Origin: Raillietiella orientalis
Taxonomy: Eukaryota
Assembly (NCBI GenBank): GCA_036172245.1
Contig: JAYWIR010000013.1
Span: forward strand, 3,658,001 to 3,722,000
Length of the DNA stretch: 64,000 nt
Direction of reading: 5' to 3'
Both the position numbers and the translations under genes were made by a program. How positions within the stretch are numbered: position 1 is the stretch's first letter; every line of letters begins with the position of its first letter. The notes below the pieces were generated by a model that was given only the letters and a program-made list of their open reading frames with translations, did no database searches and was not told where the DNA came from. Below are positions 37,420 to 49,389 of this stretch, one piece after another.

Positions 37420-40250
37420 TCCACGTACATTAGGAAAGATCTGTTTAAGATGGCCAGTCGTTCTTGCTCCTGCTGTGGCAACAGTGTCAGCTAAACTCAG
37501 AAGTTTCTGACATCTTTTGAAACATCCGACCTAAAGAACGTTCCAATAAATTTATAAAAGTTTGTGGTTTGGGTGTCGTTCTTTGAGATAATATGCAACA
37601 GCGTGGCAGAATATCATACAAAATTAGAGACTGGCTAGATGGAAACTCGCAATCTTGCAACCTACCTTGCCTCTACTTCTTCGAGTTCATTTAGGATATT
37701 TGTTTTGTGAAGTTGTTTTTCCCTCATTGTGCAGATTTTGCGATTTCCTGATCAGTTTCCTATGCTTTCAACTGAATGCTTCTGTGGTTCTCTGCTGCTT
37801 CCGTTAGTGGACAGGCACCAGCTAACACGAAAGGTGTCCAGGAGAGTAGTGTAATCAGATCCCTCGTTTGATGTCTTCCGGTTCTCGTCAGGTTGCCGGC
37901 CAGGATTCCCAGACTGCACGAATACTTGAGAACTGCTTTTCTTGACTCCTTTCGTGCCATTTTGCCTTTGATTCTGTAATGTGCCAAGAAGAGTGATTGA
38001 CTTTGTGGACGCAGTTGATTGCATTTGCACAGGCGCCAAGCCGAGAAGTTTTATGTGCTCACTCAATGAGCAGTGATAAGGGAGATGACATGGGAGAGTG
38101 TCAAGTCAGCAGGGATTCTACCTGTTCTGGAAATGTGTAACTGCATCAGTCATCTGCATGCAAAGTAGAGATCTTCTTGTGCTTCCATTCGTTTGTCTGA
38201 GATCTTGAACGAAAAAAAATTGTTCCCTCAGCTACATGTTCTCTCTGCAGCGTTGTAGCCCAATATCGTTGTGTTCCCACTTTCTCGTCTAGCAGTGCTT
38301 TCAGTGGCAAACAAGTATATATTTTAAGCCCAAGTACTATAACAAGAAGCGAATCGATGTTTGTACACCAAATTCTAATGTTGAATTATGCTCCTAGCTT
38401 TGTTTCAAAATATGGAAAAGGTTCTGTTTAGTGAGGCAGCCAGCGTTTGTAATTTGTAACTTTCAGAATTTTTTTTCATCTGAAAATAAAAGCAGACTGT
38501 ATGGACTACAGGACAACTGTAAAGGTAATCACGGGAACAGATTTTATCGAACGGATCTCACCTTCTGATTCTTTTGAATTCAGTGGTAATTTGCAACTGT
38601 AAAAACAAGTTGTTGCTTTGCCTTTTATTACCACAAACATCAGAAACATGACGTTTGCTCTTGAACATCATGAACAATGTTTTATCAGAAGAGATGTCCG
38701 TTAACACTAAACTCTACTTCATGGAACAAAAGTGCTATTTTCTTTTAGTCATGGTTGACAATCTTGCCAAATGGCCATTCTAGTCCAAATACTGCAGTAC
38801 TCTGGTGACCAGGGGTCTGGAGGTGCATTGCCACAGCGAGAGAGAGAGCTGGGCTGAGGAAGAGGTGAAAGGGAGAGGTCGGTGGCGGATCCGAGCTAGG
38901 CGAGCCGAGGGCGACATCCAGGGCGCACGAGTGAGAGCGGGGGAGGGAGGATGCTCTTTGAGACGACAGGGAATGTGAATCACCTCCGGTTCGGAGAAGA
39001 CCCTAGGGCACTCGCGCGCTCTTCTCTCTCTTCTTCTTGATTCCAATTCCCCGGAACAGCGCTGTTGGAGGTTTCCCAGAGGGGACTCAAGAGAAGGAGA
39101 GATCCAGAGGGACAGGAGCGCTGCATCTGGCAGGAAGGTCTGTGAGGGGTTCCTCTCCAGACGCTTCCTGGTGGTAGGCTAGCTGGGCGTCCTTCCTCCT
39201 GCCCCTTCTTTGAACCTCCTCGCCCCCACGTCTCTCCAAGTCGAGTGGATCTTCCGGAGTCATCTCTTTACTTCACGAGAGCACGAGGTGGATAGGGAAC
39301 GTTCTGGGATGCCTTTCTCCGGCTTTCGAAACGTGGTGGTGGGAGCAGGGGGAGGGAGGACGTGCGGCGACCACCAGTCGCAGATCAATCTCTTTCCCGA
39401 AAAGGGAAGAAGACTTGGCCGGATTGCTTTCGGGAAAGGAGAAGGGGAGGAGGAGGAAGGGATCGGCGTGTGCCGAGGGAAGGCGAAGAGGGTCCGACCT
39501 CACTGGAGACAGAGCTGGGAAGACAGTGAGGGTGGGAGTGACCGCCAATAAGTAGGAGTGAGTGGGATGGATCCGCCGTGGAGGTGGAGAAAGGGAGAGA
39601 TCTCTTCCTGCTTCGCTCCGTGGTCTCCTCTCCGGCAGTCTCCTGTCACATGCCAGCGACGGTGGTCACCAGAACGTAAAGAGGTGGTGTGATCTCAGGA
39701 AAACGTCCGCATCCGGCACTCCTACTCAGGGTAAGTGTCTAAGACTGGGGAGTGAAGCGCAAGGGAGCCTAGGACCATGGTGAATCAGATGAGATCGAAA
39801 GTGCTCGAGGCACCAGACATAGCACCCCATTTCCACACAACCCTCCCCCCTCTTGCCCGAATTCTTGCCCTCAGTAATCGTGGTCACCACCATGAGGCTG
39901 AAACTCCTCTTTATCTTTTCATTCATTGTGGCTCCCCCTTCCACTACTTTCTTAGTTCTGCCTTATCAGCTGATCGAAAGCACGTCTAGACCTACGGGTC
40001 CAATAGATATCACGGCTGTACGAGGGGTGATTAAGACAACCATAAGGCGCCCCACTTTGCGGCGGGATTCCCAGCTCTCTCATGACTCATCAGCCATAAG
40101 CGCTCCCAGAGAGCTAACCAGTAAAAGTCTCGGACGGTGCCTGGACGTCTTTTCGTCGACATGGAGGCGGAGAGGCCTTTACTCTGTTTCCTGTCTCCGT
40201 CCCCTCTGGAACAGGGTTTTGGGTGTTTAGGAGCAAGCTACGCGTAGGTG
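37420..40250 (-). mobile_element. Degenerate near-full-length L1/Tx1-like element D (ORF1 fragments, APE, RT)
   Basis: Colinear minus-strand motifs: knuckle-like WHVTGDCRR (~39640), APE-like RDDSGRST and ARLARIRH...PLVTRVL (38790-39260), RT PFDKICS (AFD motif, ~38545), KKISTLHADD (YADD motif, ~38150-38180), SITLLG and GNLTRTGR (thumb, ~37880-38000). Confidence 0.65.
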
Positions 40251-40499
40251 GCGCACCCTATTCTGACGCACCTCCTCGGAGGTGTCGAAGGTGTTGTTCA
40301 CGTGACAGGAAGGTGTGCATCGCATTTGGATTTCAACGGGCGATCGATGACGCCCTTGCACTTGCTCCTTGATCAGCTTTCGTGATACGACATGCTGCAG
40401 GCGACCTTGAATGGGGCCGACGATAGCCGGCAGGGTTCGCATCAGGTCTTGACCTAGTGACCGTCGCGAATTCTGCCAGTCGCTTGCCGGCGAGCGGTC

Positions 40500-41520
40500 C
40501 TCGATTTTCACCCGGGTTCCGCCGGGGCGTTTATTAAAAAAATAAACTTTAACAAAGACGTGCAGTGGCTGGAGCAATGCTCCAGCCACGCACGAAGAAA
40601 CACAGAGCCTGCCGGGTCACCGGTTCGCAGACCGGTACAGTCCACCACGGCAGCAGGGAGAAGAGGGATAAACAAAGAAAAAATAAACAAAAAGAAAAGG
40701 TGGGAGGGTACGGGAAGGGATCACTGTTGCTTCTGGGGCCGTTGCATCCTTCGCAGGATGCCGGCAAGCTCTTTCTGCATTCCAGGATCCAGGTGGGGCC
40801 ATCTCGACGCCCTCCTCGAAAATTCGGCGGCGTGCTGGATGGCACGCTTATCGCGTGGTCTTCCCGCAGCCTTGCTCCAAGCGGCGAAGGTCCCGCGAAG
40901 GCAGCACAGGGCTGCTAACGAGGCCGCAGGCCGAAGGGCGTCGGCAACGAAGAGGGCTTTTAAAGCGTCCCTGGGGTTGCCGCAGGGGATTCCGATGGCC
41001 GCGGCAAAGCGGAACCAAAGGGGCCGGAGGGCAACACAATCCACAAGTAGGTGGGAAGGGACTCCCGTTCCCCACACCTGACACAATTGGGGTCCACCGC
41101 TCCCCAGGTCCAGTGGTGTAGGCGGACGTTGCAGGGGAGTCCCCAGTGCTGCAACAGGAGAGCCGACTCCTGCCATTTTAAGGGGAGGGTGGAGGTGTTC
41201 ATAAGCACCAAGGGCCAATTCAGATGTTCAATGGGAACATCGGGCAGCGCGCCCCAGCGCAGAAGTCCATGGGGAGGCGTACCCGGGGTCGCAGCGTCTG
41301 TTAGCTGGCCCGTCTTCCACTCTCCTATCTTCTCCTTTCCGGAGATTGTCACTGTAACCTCCCACTTCGCCGCAACATCTCTGTCCAGATCTTCCATCAG
41401 GGAGGGCATCGCAGCAGCGAGGGTGGGCCAGCGGTCCCCGAGTGTGCGGATGCAGTCGCTGTTCCTCCTGCCTTCCTCTTTTGCGACAGAAGGTGTGCAC
41501 TTCCTGTCTGGAAGTGTTTT
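40500..41520 (-). mobile_element. 5'-truncated L1/Tx1-like copy E (ORF2 C-terminal zinc-binding region plus structured 3' UTR)
   Basis: LPLKWQESALLLQHWGLPCNVRLHHWTWGAVDPNCVRCGERESLP/HLLVDCVALRPLW (CxxC..ExxxHL...C, zf-RVT-like), stop at ~40721. Homologous to copies G, H and I. Confidence 0.82.
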
Positions 41521-41629
41521 GATCAATTGGCTGTTGTTTTTGTGAGGTAGAATAAAGCAGAGTCGGGCATTTCAGTGTAGGTAATAGGTAAGCAAGGGGT
41601 TTCGTTCAAAATCCCGAACGTCATGATCT

Positions 41630-42465
41630 CGAAAGATAAAAGAAATAAATACATAAGTTGATTATATAGATCAATACATAGATTCACAGATAAATACATA
41701 TACTAAACTAATATTAATATATATTCAATCTGTATGTATTGTATACAGATTAATATGCATAAACATATAAAGAATGTAGAAAATGAATACATGTTTATTA
41801 TGTATATATGAATACATATATTTAGTTTGATAAATATATTATATAAAATTTTATTATTAACACAAATTAAATCTGTACACATCACATCTGGAGTAATATG
41901 CATATTAAAGATTAAGAGATAAATATATACAAAGATATATTTATACATAAAAACAAATCAACGTTTAATGTATATTCATTACACATGAATATGTATTAAG
42001 ATATAGAATAAACATGTATGTTTATTTTTTGCAATCTCAAATATATCTTACTAATCTATATTTATACGTATTCATTGCATAAATAATGAGCATGATGATA
42101 AATAATAAGAAATATGTATATTAAAATAATTTTGTATATTAATCCAAGTATATACATGCATTAATATAATATATATTTATATGTAATAGGCATATATATT
42201 TATTTTTAATAATCTATATTTATATATACCTTAGTATAGATTATGTATGGATTATCTATAGGGTATATATGGATTAATGAGGATTGTACTAGATTAATGT
42301 ATGTTTATAGATAAATAACTCTGTATTCCCATGTAGATCAATATACAGATTTATATATTTATGTATATATATGCAGATGTGCACATAGATGTATATATGT
42401 ATAGAACTATATATATAATCTATATATATTAGTATTGATATATATACATATATAGATGTATTTTT
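41630..42465. repeat. Extremely AT-rich degenerate (TA)n low-complexity island
   Basis: About 830 nt dominated by TATA/ATAT/TACA with abrupt borders against GC-richer flanks. Confidence 0.9.
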
Positions 42466-42829
42466 AGTTATTTCTTATGATCTGAGATTTCGACATTCGG
42501 TATTTTGATCGGCACTTGTCAAGCAGACATGGGGGGGTGGATTTCAGTGGTTTGGCAATACTGCAAACCATAAAGTTTCCTTGGTGGCTTATAATCCACG
42601 AAAAACTTTCGTAATTACCAATTCGCATACCGTTGTTTTCATTACTGAAAGGTGGTTTTCTTAATTGATGATAATCAGTAGTTCTGATCAAGGTGCAGTG
42701 TAAGAAAGAATCAAGTTAACCACTGTATGTTAATATTGGACATGCGAATGTGATGCTTTCACGTGTATGGCAATAGGCCTTAACCGAAAATTTATCAGGG
42801 AACGGCAAATTGAACTTATCTGAGTGCTC

Positions 42830-43700
42830 GCACGGCGCTCATCACTTCGGTGTGACACAAGTGGATGTACCGGAACGTGCATCCAGTCAAAGAGATGGAA
42901 CCAACAGATTGTTCTTGGGACTTATAGTAGGGCGTTCATCGGCATGCGATTGGCAGCTGGTTTGTTGGAGGCAGCAGCCACCTACACAGCCTAAGAAGAG
43001 GAAATGCCACCAAAGGCTTCAGTCGCTGGGGAGGGGTTTTCGCCGTCAAAGTTGCTGCACGCAGGGAGGATGCTGCGGGAAACCGCGCTTCTCCGAATCC
43101 GGAACTGCCAGAGTGATTTTCCAGGATGGGGGGAGAGAGAGAGAGAGAGAGAGAGAGAAGGATGGGATTTAGCGATTGGGTGTTCCTTCTTGCTGGGATG
43201 ACTCGGAGCGGTATGTGAAGCCCCTGGAAGCGGTCGCGGCAAGCCAACTTCCGGAACCTTTGTCTTCAGGACAGCATGCTCGAGTTCCAATGTGCCTAGT
43301 ATCGGCAGCTGACGAACCCTCATAGAGACTGGTCTCATTCTCTGCTCCTCACCTTCCGCGCCTCTCTCCAGAGCTGCAGAGCTCCAGTGCTGCAAACCCG
43401 GCGCAGCGAAGAAATCTGGCCGAGTCGAAAATCGAAATTTCCAGAATCCAGCCTGATCGGCTGTCGAGTTTGAACCTTGCACGGCAAGCGAAAGGGCCGT
43501 GGTGGGAAATCGGAGGCCAGCTCGTGCCCGCAACGTCCTGGTCCATTCGGCCACCCGAGCCGGAAGTGGCTCATTCCTTCTGCCTAGGCTGGGCCCGAGA
43601 GTTGGCACCGCACCGGGCGAGTTGCACCCCAACCCAACGATGTCCACAGCGCCAAAAAAGAGTCCGAGGTTCCAAGTTGAGGACCTTCTCTTGGCACGTT
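42830..43700 (-). mobile_element. Tx1-like ORF1 (gag-like) remnant, interrupted by (GA)n at 43132-43158
   Basis: FWKFRFSTR...PVSMRVRQLPILG...LEHAVLKTKVPEV...WQFRIRR...ILP resembles L1/Tx1 ORF1 RRM-region motifs. Weak, by-eye match. Confidence 0.4.
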
Positions 43701-43714
43701 GGCTGCTCTTGCAC

Positions 43715-43897
43715 TCCTCCTCCTCCTACTACTAACTTATGCTACTGCTTCTGCTATTATCACTGCGTCTACTACTACTGCTGCTATTGCTGGTGCTGCT
43801 GCTGCTACTATTACTTCTGTCTCTACTACTTGTACTACTATTTCTGCTGTTGTTGTTGGTAGTGGTGCTACTAGTACTACTACTACTACTACTATCC
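43715..43897. repeat. Compound trinucleotide microsatellite (CTC/CTA/CTG/TTG)n
   Basis: Directly visible; generates the poly-L/poly-S/poly-C artefact ORFs. Confidence 0.92.
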
Positions 43898-44639
43898 TCA
43901 CTCTCGGTGAAGAAGAGTTCGTCGACCGAGAATCTTTGGCAGCCTCCCACCTCAGTGCCTCAGCAGAGACTCCTGCAGCGATTCATCTCCTTCTCAGAGA
44001 GATTCCAAGAAACTTCCAAATTGGATGTGCCCTGTCGATTCCCGAAGTCTCGCTAGTGTTCCTTCCTTTTGGTGTCCCAGTCGCGACGTGACCTTCCTTC
44101 GAGTGGCGCAACGAACGCTCGCAAGCCACGCACGAATCCCATCCTTTCAACGGTGAGACCGTGGACACGCCTCACCTCCACGTCAAGGTGGAAGGCGCGT
44201 GCGAAAAAACCTTTTCGGTTTCTCTCATCGTCGTGGCCTGTAAGAGGCGAGCTCCTGGGAAGAAGACTATCCTTCCAGGTTGCTTAGTGACTCCTTGCCA
44301 CCCAGCAAATGCAGTCGGAGAGGACTCGACTTGACCCCCCCCACCACCACCACCACCAAGCAAACGACGAACACTTCCTCGCGAATCCGTCATCTTCCCT
44401 CCTCCCCTAACGCGGTTGCGGCGTGGCTGCGCACGTCTGATTGAGTTTCCTTCTGCAAAAGTCTCTTCAGCACCTACCTGCACAGTCATCCAAAAATGCT
44501 TGGAAATGGAAAGTCGACCTCAGGAAACTCTTGTTGTCATGACTAGCTCTTCGGCAAATGAGACCATCCCGATGAATTATTCCATCCCGTCTTTTCTGAA
44601 TACGCGCTCTTAACATGAACAACAGAGACATAATCACTT

Positions 44640-46600
44640 TCACTCCGTCCAGAAAAAAAAAAAAAAAAATGCAGCGATCATCATCACTTTGCAGTGGCGA
44701 CTATTACAGTGCACGCTCGACCTTCGATGAAAGGAACTTTTGACATGGGCAGCCCTCGGTGCAGTCAACATTTTGAGCCTTCCGTCGTTCGGCGAAGGCA
44801 ACTTTTTCCAGCCGCGTCGAAGATGCGGAAAAACATGGGAAGTTCCATGGACTGCCCCAGTAAAAAGTTGGATGTTCCACGTGAAACCGAGGAGGGAACG
44901 AAGGTGAAAGTGCCGTGGACACATTAGCAATTTCGGAAATCGTGGAAGGCAAAGGGAACGCGGAGGACTGCGGTCGCCCCATGCTGTGGCCACACCTAAA
45001 AACGGGATGGCGATCTCGAAATGTCCCGAAATGGAAGGAGCTTCCCATTCGTGGCTCTCACAGCAACAGCGAGGCTCGGGGAAGACCATCGTCCCCAACG
45101 AAATCTGGAAAGGAAAGCCCAAGGAAACGGCTGGGACGGAGTGAGGAATTTCGGGGGAGAGATGGGTGGCCGAGCACCTTCAGCAAAAGACATGACACGC
45201 CATGCCATGACATGACATGCCATTCCGTGTGACGAGAGAGAGAGAGAACGTAGTAAGTGACCCTGGGATTACGGGCTGGGCGGAAGGAGAAGACGGATGA
45301 AAACCGTGCTCATGACCCGGGTACCCCCACGAGCGTGCAGAAGAAATTGGAGATGAGAGGGGCAACCGTGTTCCAGAACCCCAAAATCGGCAAAGTCATT
45401 GACCACTCATTCAAGTTCGCTGTGTCTGCCTCCCTGTTCGTGAGGTTCTTCCCTCCTGAGAGGAGGAGTACGGGAAGAAGCTTGAATAAAATTTTACACC
45501 GTATCATCATCATTCACCATACCCCATCATCATCTTTACTCTTTGTAGTGTTACTAAAGTTGCTCATGTTGCTGCTGTTCAACAATTTGGTTTCTTTAAA
45601 TTATATCGAATGTGCACTGTACTATTATGTGGTTCTCTCCTCGTCTCGGGAAGACGCTGGGTTCTGCAAAGCCCCTCCCCTTCCCCTCCCCCCCGAGTTT
45701 CGAGCACCTTTGACTTCTGAGATCATCTCGGAGATGGCAGCACGTCACCGTCGTGGAGAAAGGTTCTTTCTTCCCGCTTCAAGACGTCGCAAGCTGCATT
45801 CTGCTCTCCGACTGACGACGCGGGCGGGGGTGAATTCCCGCATTCCTCTGGAGGGAGAGCCGGCGATGGGAGCAGAAGTGCAGGCAGCGTCAAGCTTTCC
45901 TGGCCGAGAGCGACACGGAAAGTGCAAGCCCTCCGGCATACTGCACACCGCGCATCGCAGAAAGTGAAATTCTCAGCGATCGGACCGCGTCTTGGGTCTT
46001 CCCGGGGGCGGTCCGTCCTCTCTCCTTCAGCGAGTCCCGAGCGCAGCTGGAGTGTCGAGGGGCGCTCTCCAGAGTGATACTCTCCAGGGAAGCAAAGAAT
46101 CTCGGGAAGAGCCAAGTTCGCTTCTCCTTTTCTCCCATTTTTTTGTTGCCTCGCAGCCTCCACCCACCCCGCGCATTTCGTAATTCAACGGAGCGGTCCC
46201 TCCCACTCCAGTGGCTCGGAGTCCCCTCTGTCCCGACCCTGCAGCCTCGCGGACCTTGCGGTGCCGACCCCTGGCTTCACGGAGGGCGTGTCGCTGGCTT
46301 CCCGACCCCGAAAGGGTGAGCCCAAGAATGTTCGGCGGGGCAGGCCGGAGGTAATCTCGCGAAGGGCTGTGCGAACGGGGGATCCCGGAGATCGATCCAT
46401 TCGGATGACTCGAACGGGAATTTTTCTTTTCGTCTCTGGTTTCACGCCCACTTGCTCCAGGGCCTTTTCGGAGAGCGCCACGAACTTTGCGAGTCCCCAT
46501 GTTCAGGCGAGATGCAGAGCAGGAGACTGCTCGCCCAAACACCTTTGGGGAGGAAGGGAGCAGGGCAGGACGCCACACTCCCGCCAAAGCGCTGCAAGAA
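44640..46600 (+). mobile_element. Degenerate L1/Tx1-like remnant F (ORF1 plus APE), interrupted by (CATGA)n and trinucleotide tracts
   Basis: KVKVPW...WPHLKTGWRSRNV...ELP (ORF1 'TGxR..IP'-like), then PSGIL, FN and RMTRTGIFLFVS (APE 'SRID.F.S'-like). Confidence 0.42.
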
Positions 46601-47244
46601 TTTTATTTGCTAACTGCTATCACTCTTACCATTATCACGAGGCACATCTCAAAAGTAATGGCGGATCGGATAGAAAGAAAGGACGAACAAGGAGGAGCAG
46701 AAATGCATTCGTGGCTCTGAGCACAGACGTCCACGTGTCATCTTTCCACATGGTCACCATTTTTCTTCCAAGCACTTTTGATCCCGTGGAACGAGCTTTT
46801 TGGAACCGCCTGCATGGAATTCCGCCGCCTGGGAGTGGGGCCAGCTCAGCAGCACTGCACTTTCCGACTCCCCACTTTCCCCCTCGAGATAGAAGGGGCC
46901 ACTTCATGAGGTGCAGGGAGGAAGGCGTGGTAGCCACCGGGCGCGAGAACTTCAAAAAGTTCCCATTCGAATGCCTGAATTGTGTGGAGTGTGCGGACGG
47001 CAGCGTGCGTGCTTTCGGTGGACTTTATGGAGCCCGGAACGACCACCACTTGGCCAGTCCACTGCGTAGAAACACTCTCGAAGCTGCGGCGTACCACCGA
47101 AGACGTGGAGGGCTGAGGTCAGGAGGAACGGTTCCTCTCCTTCACGGCAACGCGCGCCTTAGCAACACATGCCGTCCGCACATTCCAGGCAGTTCAGGCA
47201 TTCGAATGGGAAGATCACCAGTCCTGACCTCGCGCCATTACTTT

Positions 47245-47550
47245 TGAGATGCACTGCTTATTATGACCACTGTTACCACCACTACTACATTGCCATCAGA
47301 TTAGCATCCGGATGACCTTTCATCCTTCCGGATATCACTTTCAAAATTATCACCAATATCACTTGTATCACTACCATTATTAGCATTCCTATTCATGCTT
47401 TAGTTATTGTCTTTTATTACTAATAATTGTTTTCGTTACTGCTGTTCTTATTATTACTGCTGCTGTTTCATAATCACCCCCACTATTATTGCTTTTTCAT
47501 CGCCAGTGGCTGTTAACCGTGCTCAACTAGTATTGATGCTGTTGTTGCCA
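47245..47550. repeat. Degenerate trinucleotide low-complexity tract (TAT/CAT/TGC)
   Basis: AT-rich 3-periodic sequence between GC-rich element fragments. Confidence 0.75.
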
Positions 47551-47559
47551 TGATACATT

Positions 47560-49385
47560 GCGTGATGCGCCCATCACTTGTTGACAGATGCTGCAGTCGA
47601 GCGCCACTGCGGACCGCCGGCGTGAGTCGGGGGTGCTTCCGCGTCCCGACTCGCGCCTTCCTCGATCCGAGCATCGCAAGACCTCAGACCTCCCCTTCCC
47701 CCCTCCTCGAACCGCAGTCCGCAGTGCCGCCAGCCGAGGAATCCCGGTCTTCCGTCCGGGGGCGTCCGTCCGTCCGCCGTCGTCCCGGCGGCGAGCGAGC
47801 TTCCCCTGGCGTCGCAGCGGTAGGAGCCGAGCGCGGTGCCGTCAACAGGGATCCCGAGGGCCGCACGGACGATTACCCCTTGCGTCTGGCCGCGAGCGGG
47901 AAACGGATCAGCCCCGGGCGGGAAGGACGCGACCCCGGCAGCAAACCGGGAACGTGCGGCTCGGAGCTCTTCCGTGCCGGAGGAAGAGCTGGAACGTGCT
48001 GCCGTGCATGGCGAGGGCCCAGCGGGAGCTTGGAGGTCACTCCCGACGGAAGGGCGCGACCCGCGGGGGATGCGTCGCCCTGCCGACGCCACCGAGCCTG
48101 CACATTTCGGCAGCGACCGACGGGGCGGTCGGATCGCGATGCCCGGCTGTCCTCGGAAGGGACCGCCTGCCTCATGACAATTCGGTCCGCTTTGCGTCCA
48201 TCCGTGCGTGGGAAACGGACTGGACAGTGGCCTGCCAATCAGGTGGAAAAGCAGGAAGAGACTTATCATTCGTGCTGCCAATAGACAGAGGTGGAGGGCA
48301 GTGAATGAACCCGCGCTGCCTGGCCGCAGGGAACCGCTCGCACGTGGACAGGGATCCAGGAGCCATGCCCGGAACAGGTGCGACGTTTCCTGTAGGTGCG
48401 TAACAACAACTGCAAGCTCCGGAAGATCCTGGAAGTTCCCGCGAAGAATGCATGGGAAAACAGAACCTCCCTCCCCGCTGCACTGCCCTCCCTTAGGGAG
48501 CATATGGGCAGCAGTCTTACGGCTAGATGGGAGGTTACTGCAGAAATCTCCGGAAGGAGAAAAGGACTGGGCGAGTGGACGATGGGCCAGGTCACTGAAG
48601 CTGCGACCCCGAGTGCTCAGCCTCGTAGACTTTGGCGCTGGGGCATGCTACTGGGTATTCCGGAGTAATACCTGCAGTGACCCCCGGTGCTCATGAACAC
48701 CCGCACCCTCCCCTTGAAGTGGTAGGAGTTGGCGTTGATGCTGCTGCACTGGGGCCTCCCGTGCAACGCCTGCCAGCATCACTGGACACGGTGCGGGGAG
48801 CGGGAATCCCTCCCGCACCTGCTTGTGGGCTGTGTTGCTCTCCGGCCTCTCTGGGAACTCTTTTGCCGCAGCCCTAGGAACCCCTGGAGACAACTCCAGG
48901 GACCCTTTACGACTTCTCCTCCTAGGCGACGTCCTCTCGCCGGCCGCATCCCTAGCAGCACTGTGCTGCCTACGTGGGATCGCATGGAACAACGCCAGAG
49001 GAGGCAAGAATGACAGGGACTCCATGCATTTTGCTGTCCTCTTGATGAGGACAGTGTCAAGGTGGCCCCATCTGGGAGTCCTGAAACAGGAACTTGCCTA
49101 CATCCTTACAAGGATGCAGAGGACACCCTTCAACACACAGTGATCCCTTCTCGAACCTCCTCCCCTCCCTTCATCTTTTTTGACTGCTGCTTTTCGTTTT
49201 GTTTTTCTCTTTTTGTTTGTCTTCTCTTCCCTTGTACTGCCGAGGTGCATCCTGCTGGCCTGTGTGACGGATCCTGGCAGGTTCCTTTTCGTATTCATAA
49301 GTAACGTGGCAGGATCAAACGTCCTGCCACAGGCAAGTAGGTTTGTTTTATAAATAAACGCCCCGGCGTGACCGGGTCAAGGGGA
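47560..49385 (+). mobile_element. L1/Tx1-like copy G (APE fragment 47600-48200, ORF2 C-terminus 48240-49143, structured 3' UTR)
   Basis: SPGVAAV...RDPEGR (APE), then LHWGLPCNACQHHWTRCGERESLPHLLVGCVALRPLW and SRWPHLGVLKQELAYILTRMQRTPFNTQ* (49143), ending AATAAACGCCCCGGCGTGACCGGGTCAA. Confidence 0.82.
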
Positions 49386-49389
49386 ATGG

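Noticed and set aside
41630..42465. Possible mitochondrial control-region insertion (numt)
   Set aside because: No flanking mitochondrial tRNA, rRNA or gene sequence was recognised. A degenerate (TA)n explains it.
43470..44091. Cys/Tyr-, Leu- and Thr/Ala-rich ORFs
   Set aside because: Translation artefacts of the trinucleotide microsatellite.
47590..48200. GC-rich hairpin-dense stretch resembling a structured ncRNA or rRNA spacer
   Set aside because: The plus frame contains SPGVAA...RDPEGR like the other APE endonuclease remnants. No rRNA or RNase P conserved motifs were seen, and the hairpins are expected at this GC content.
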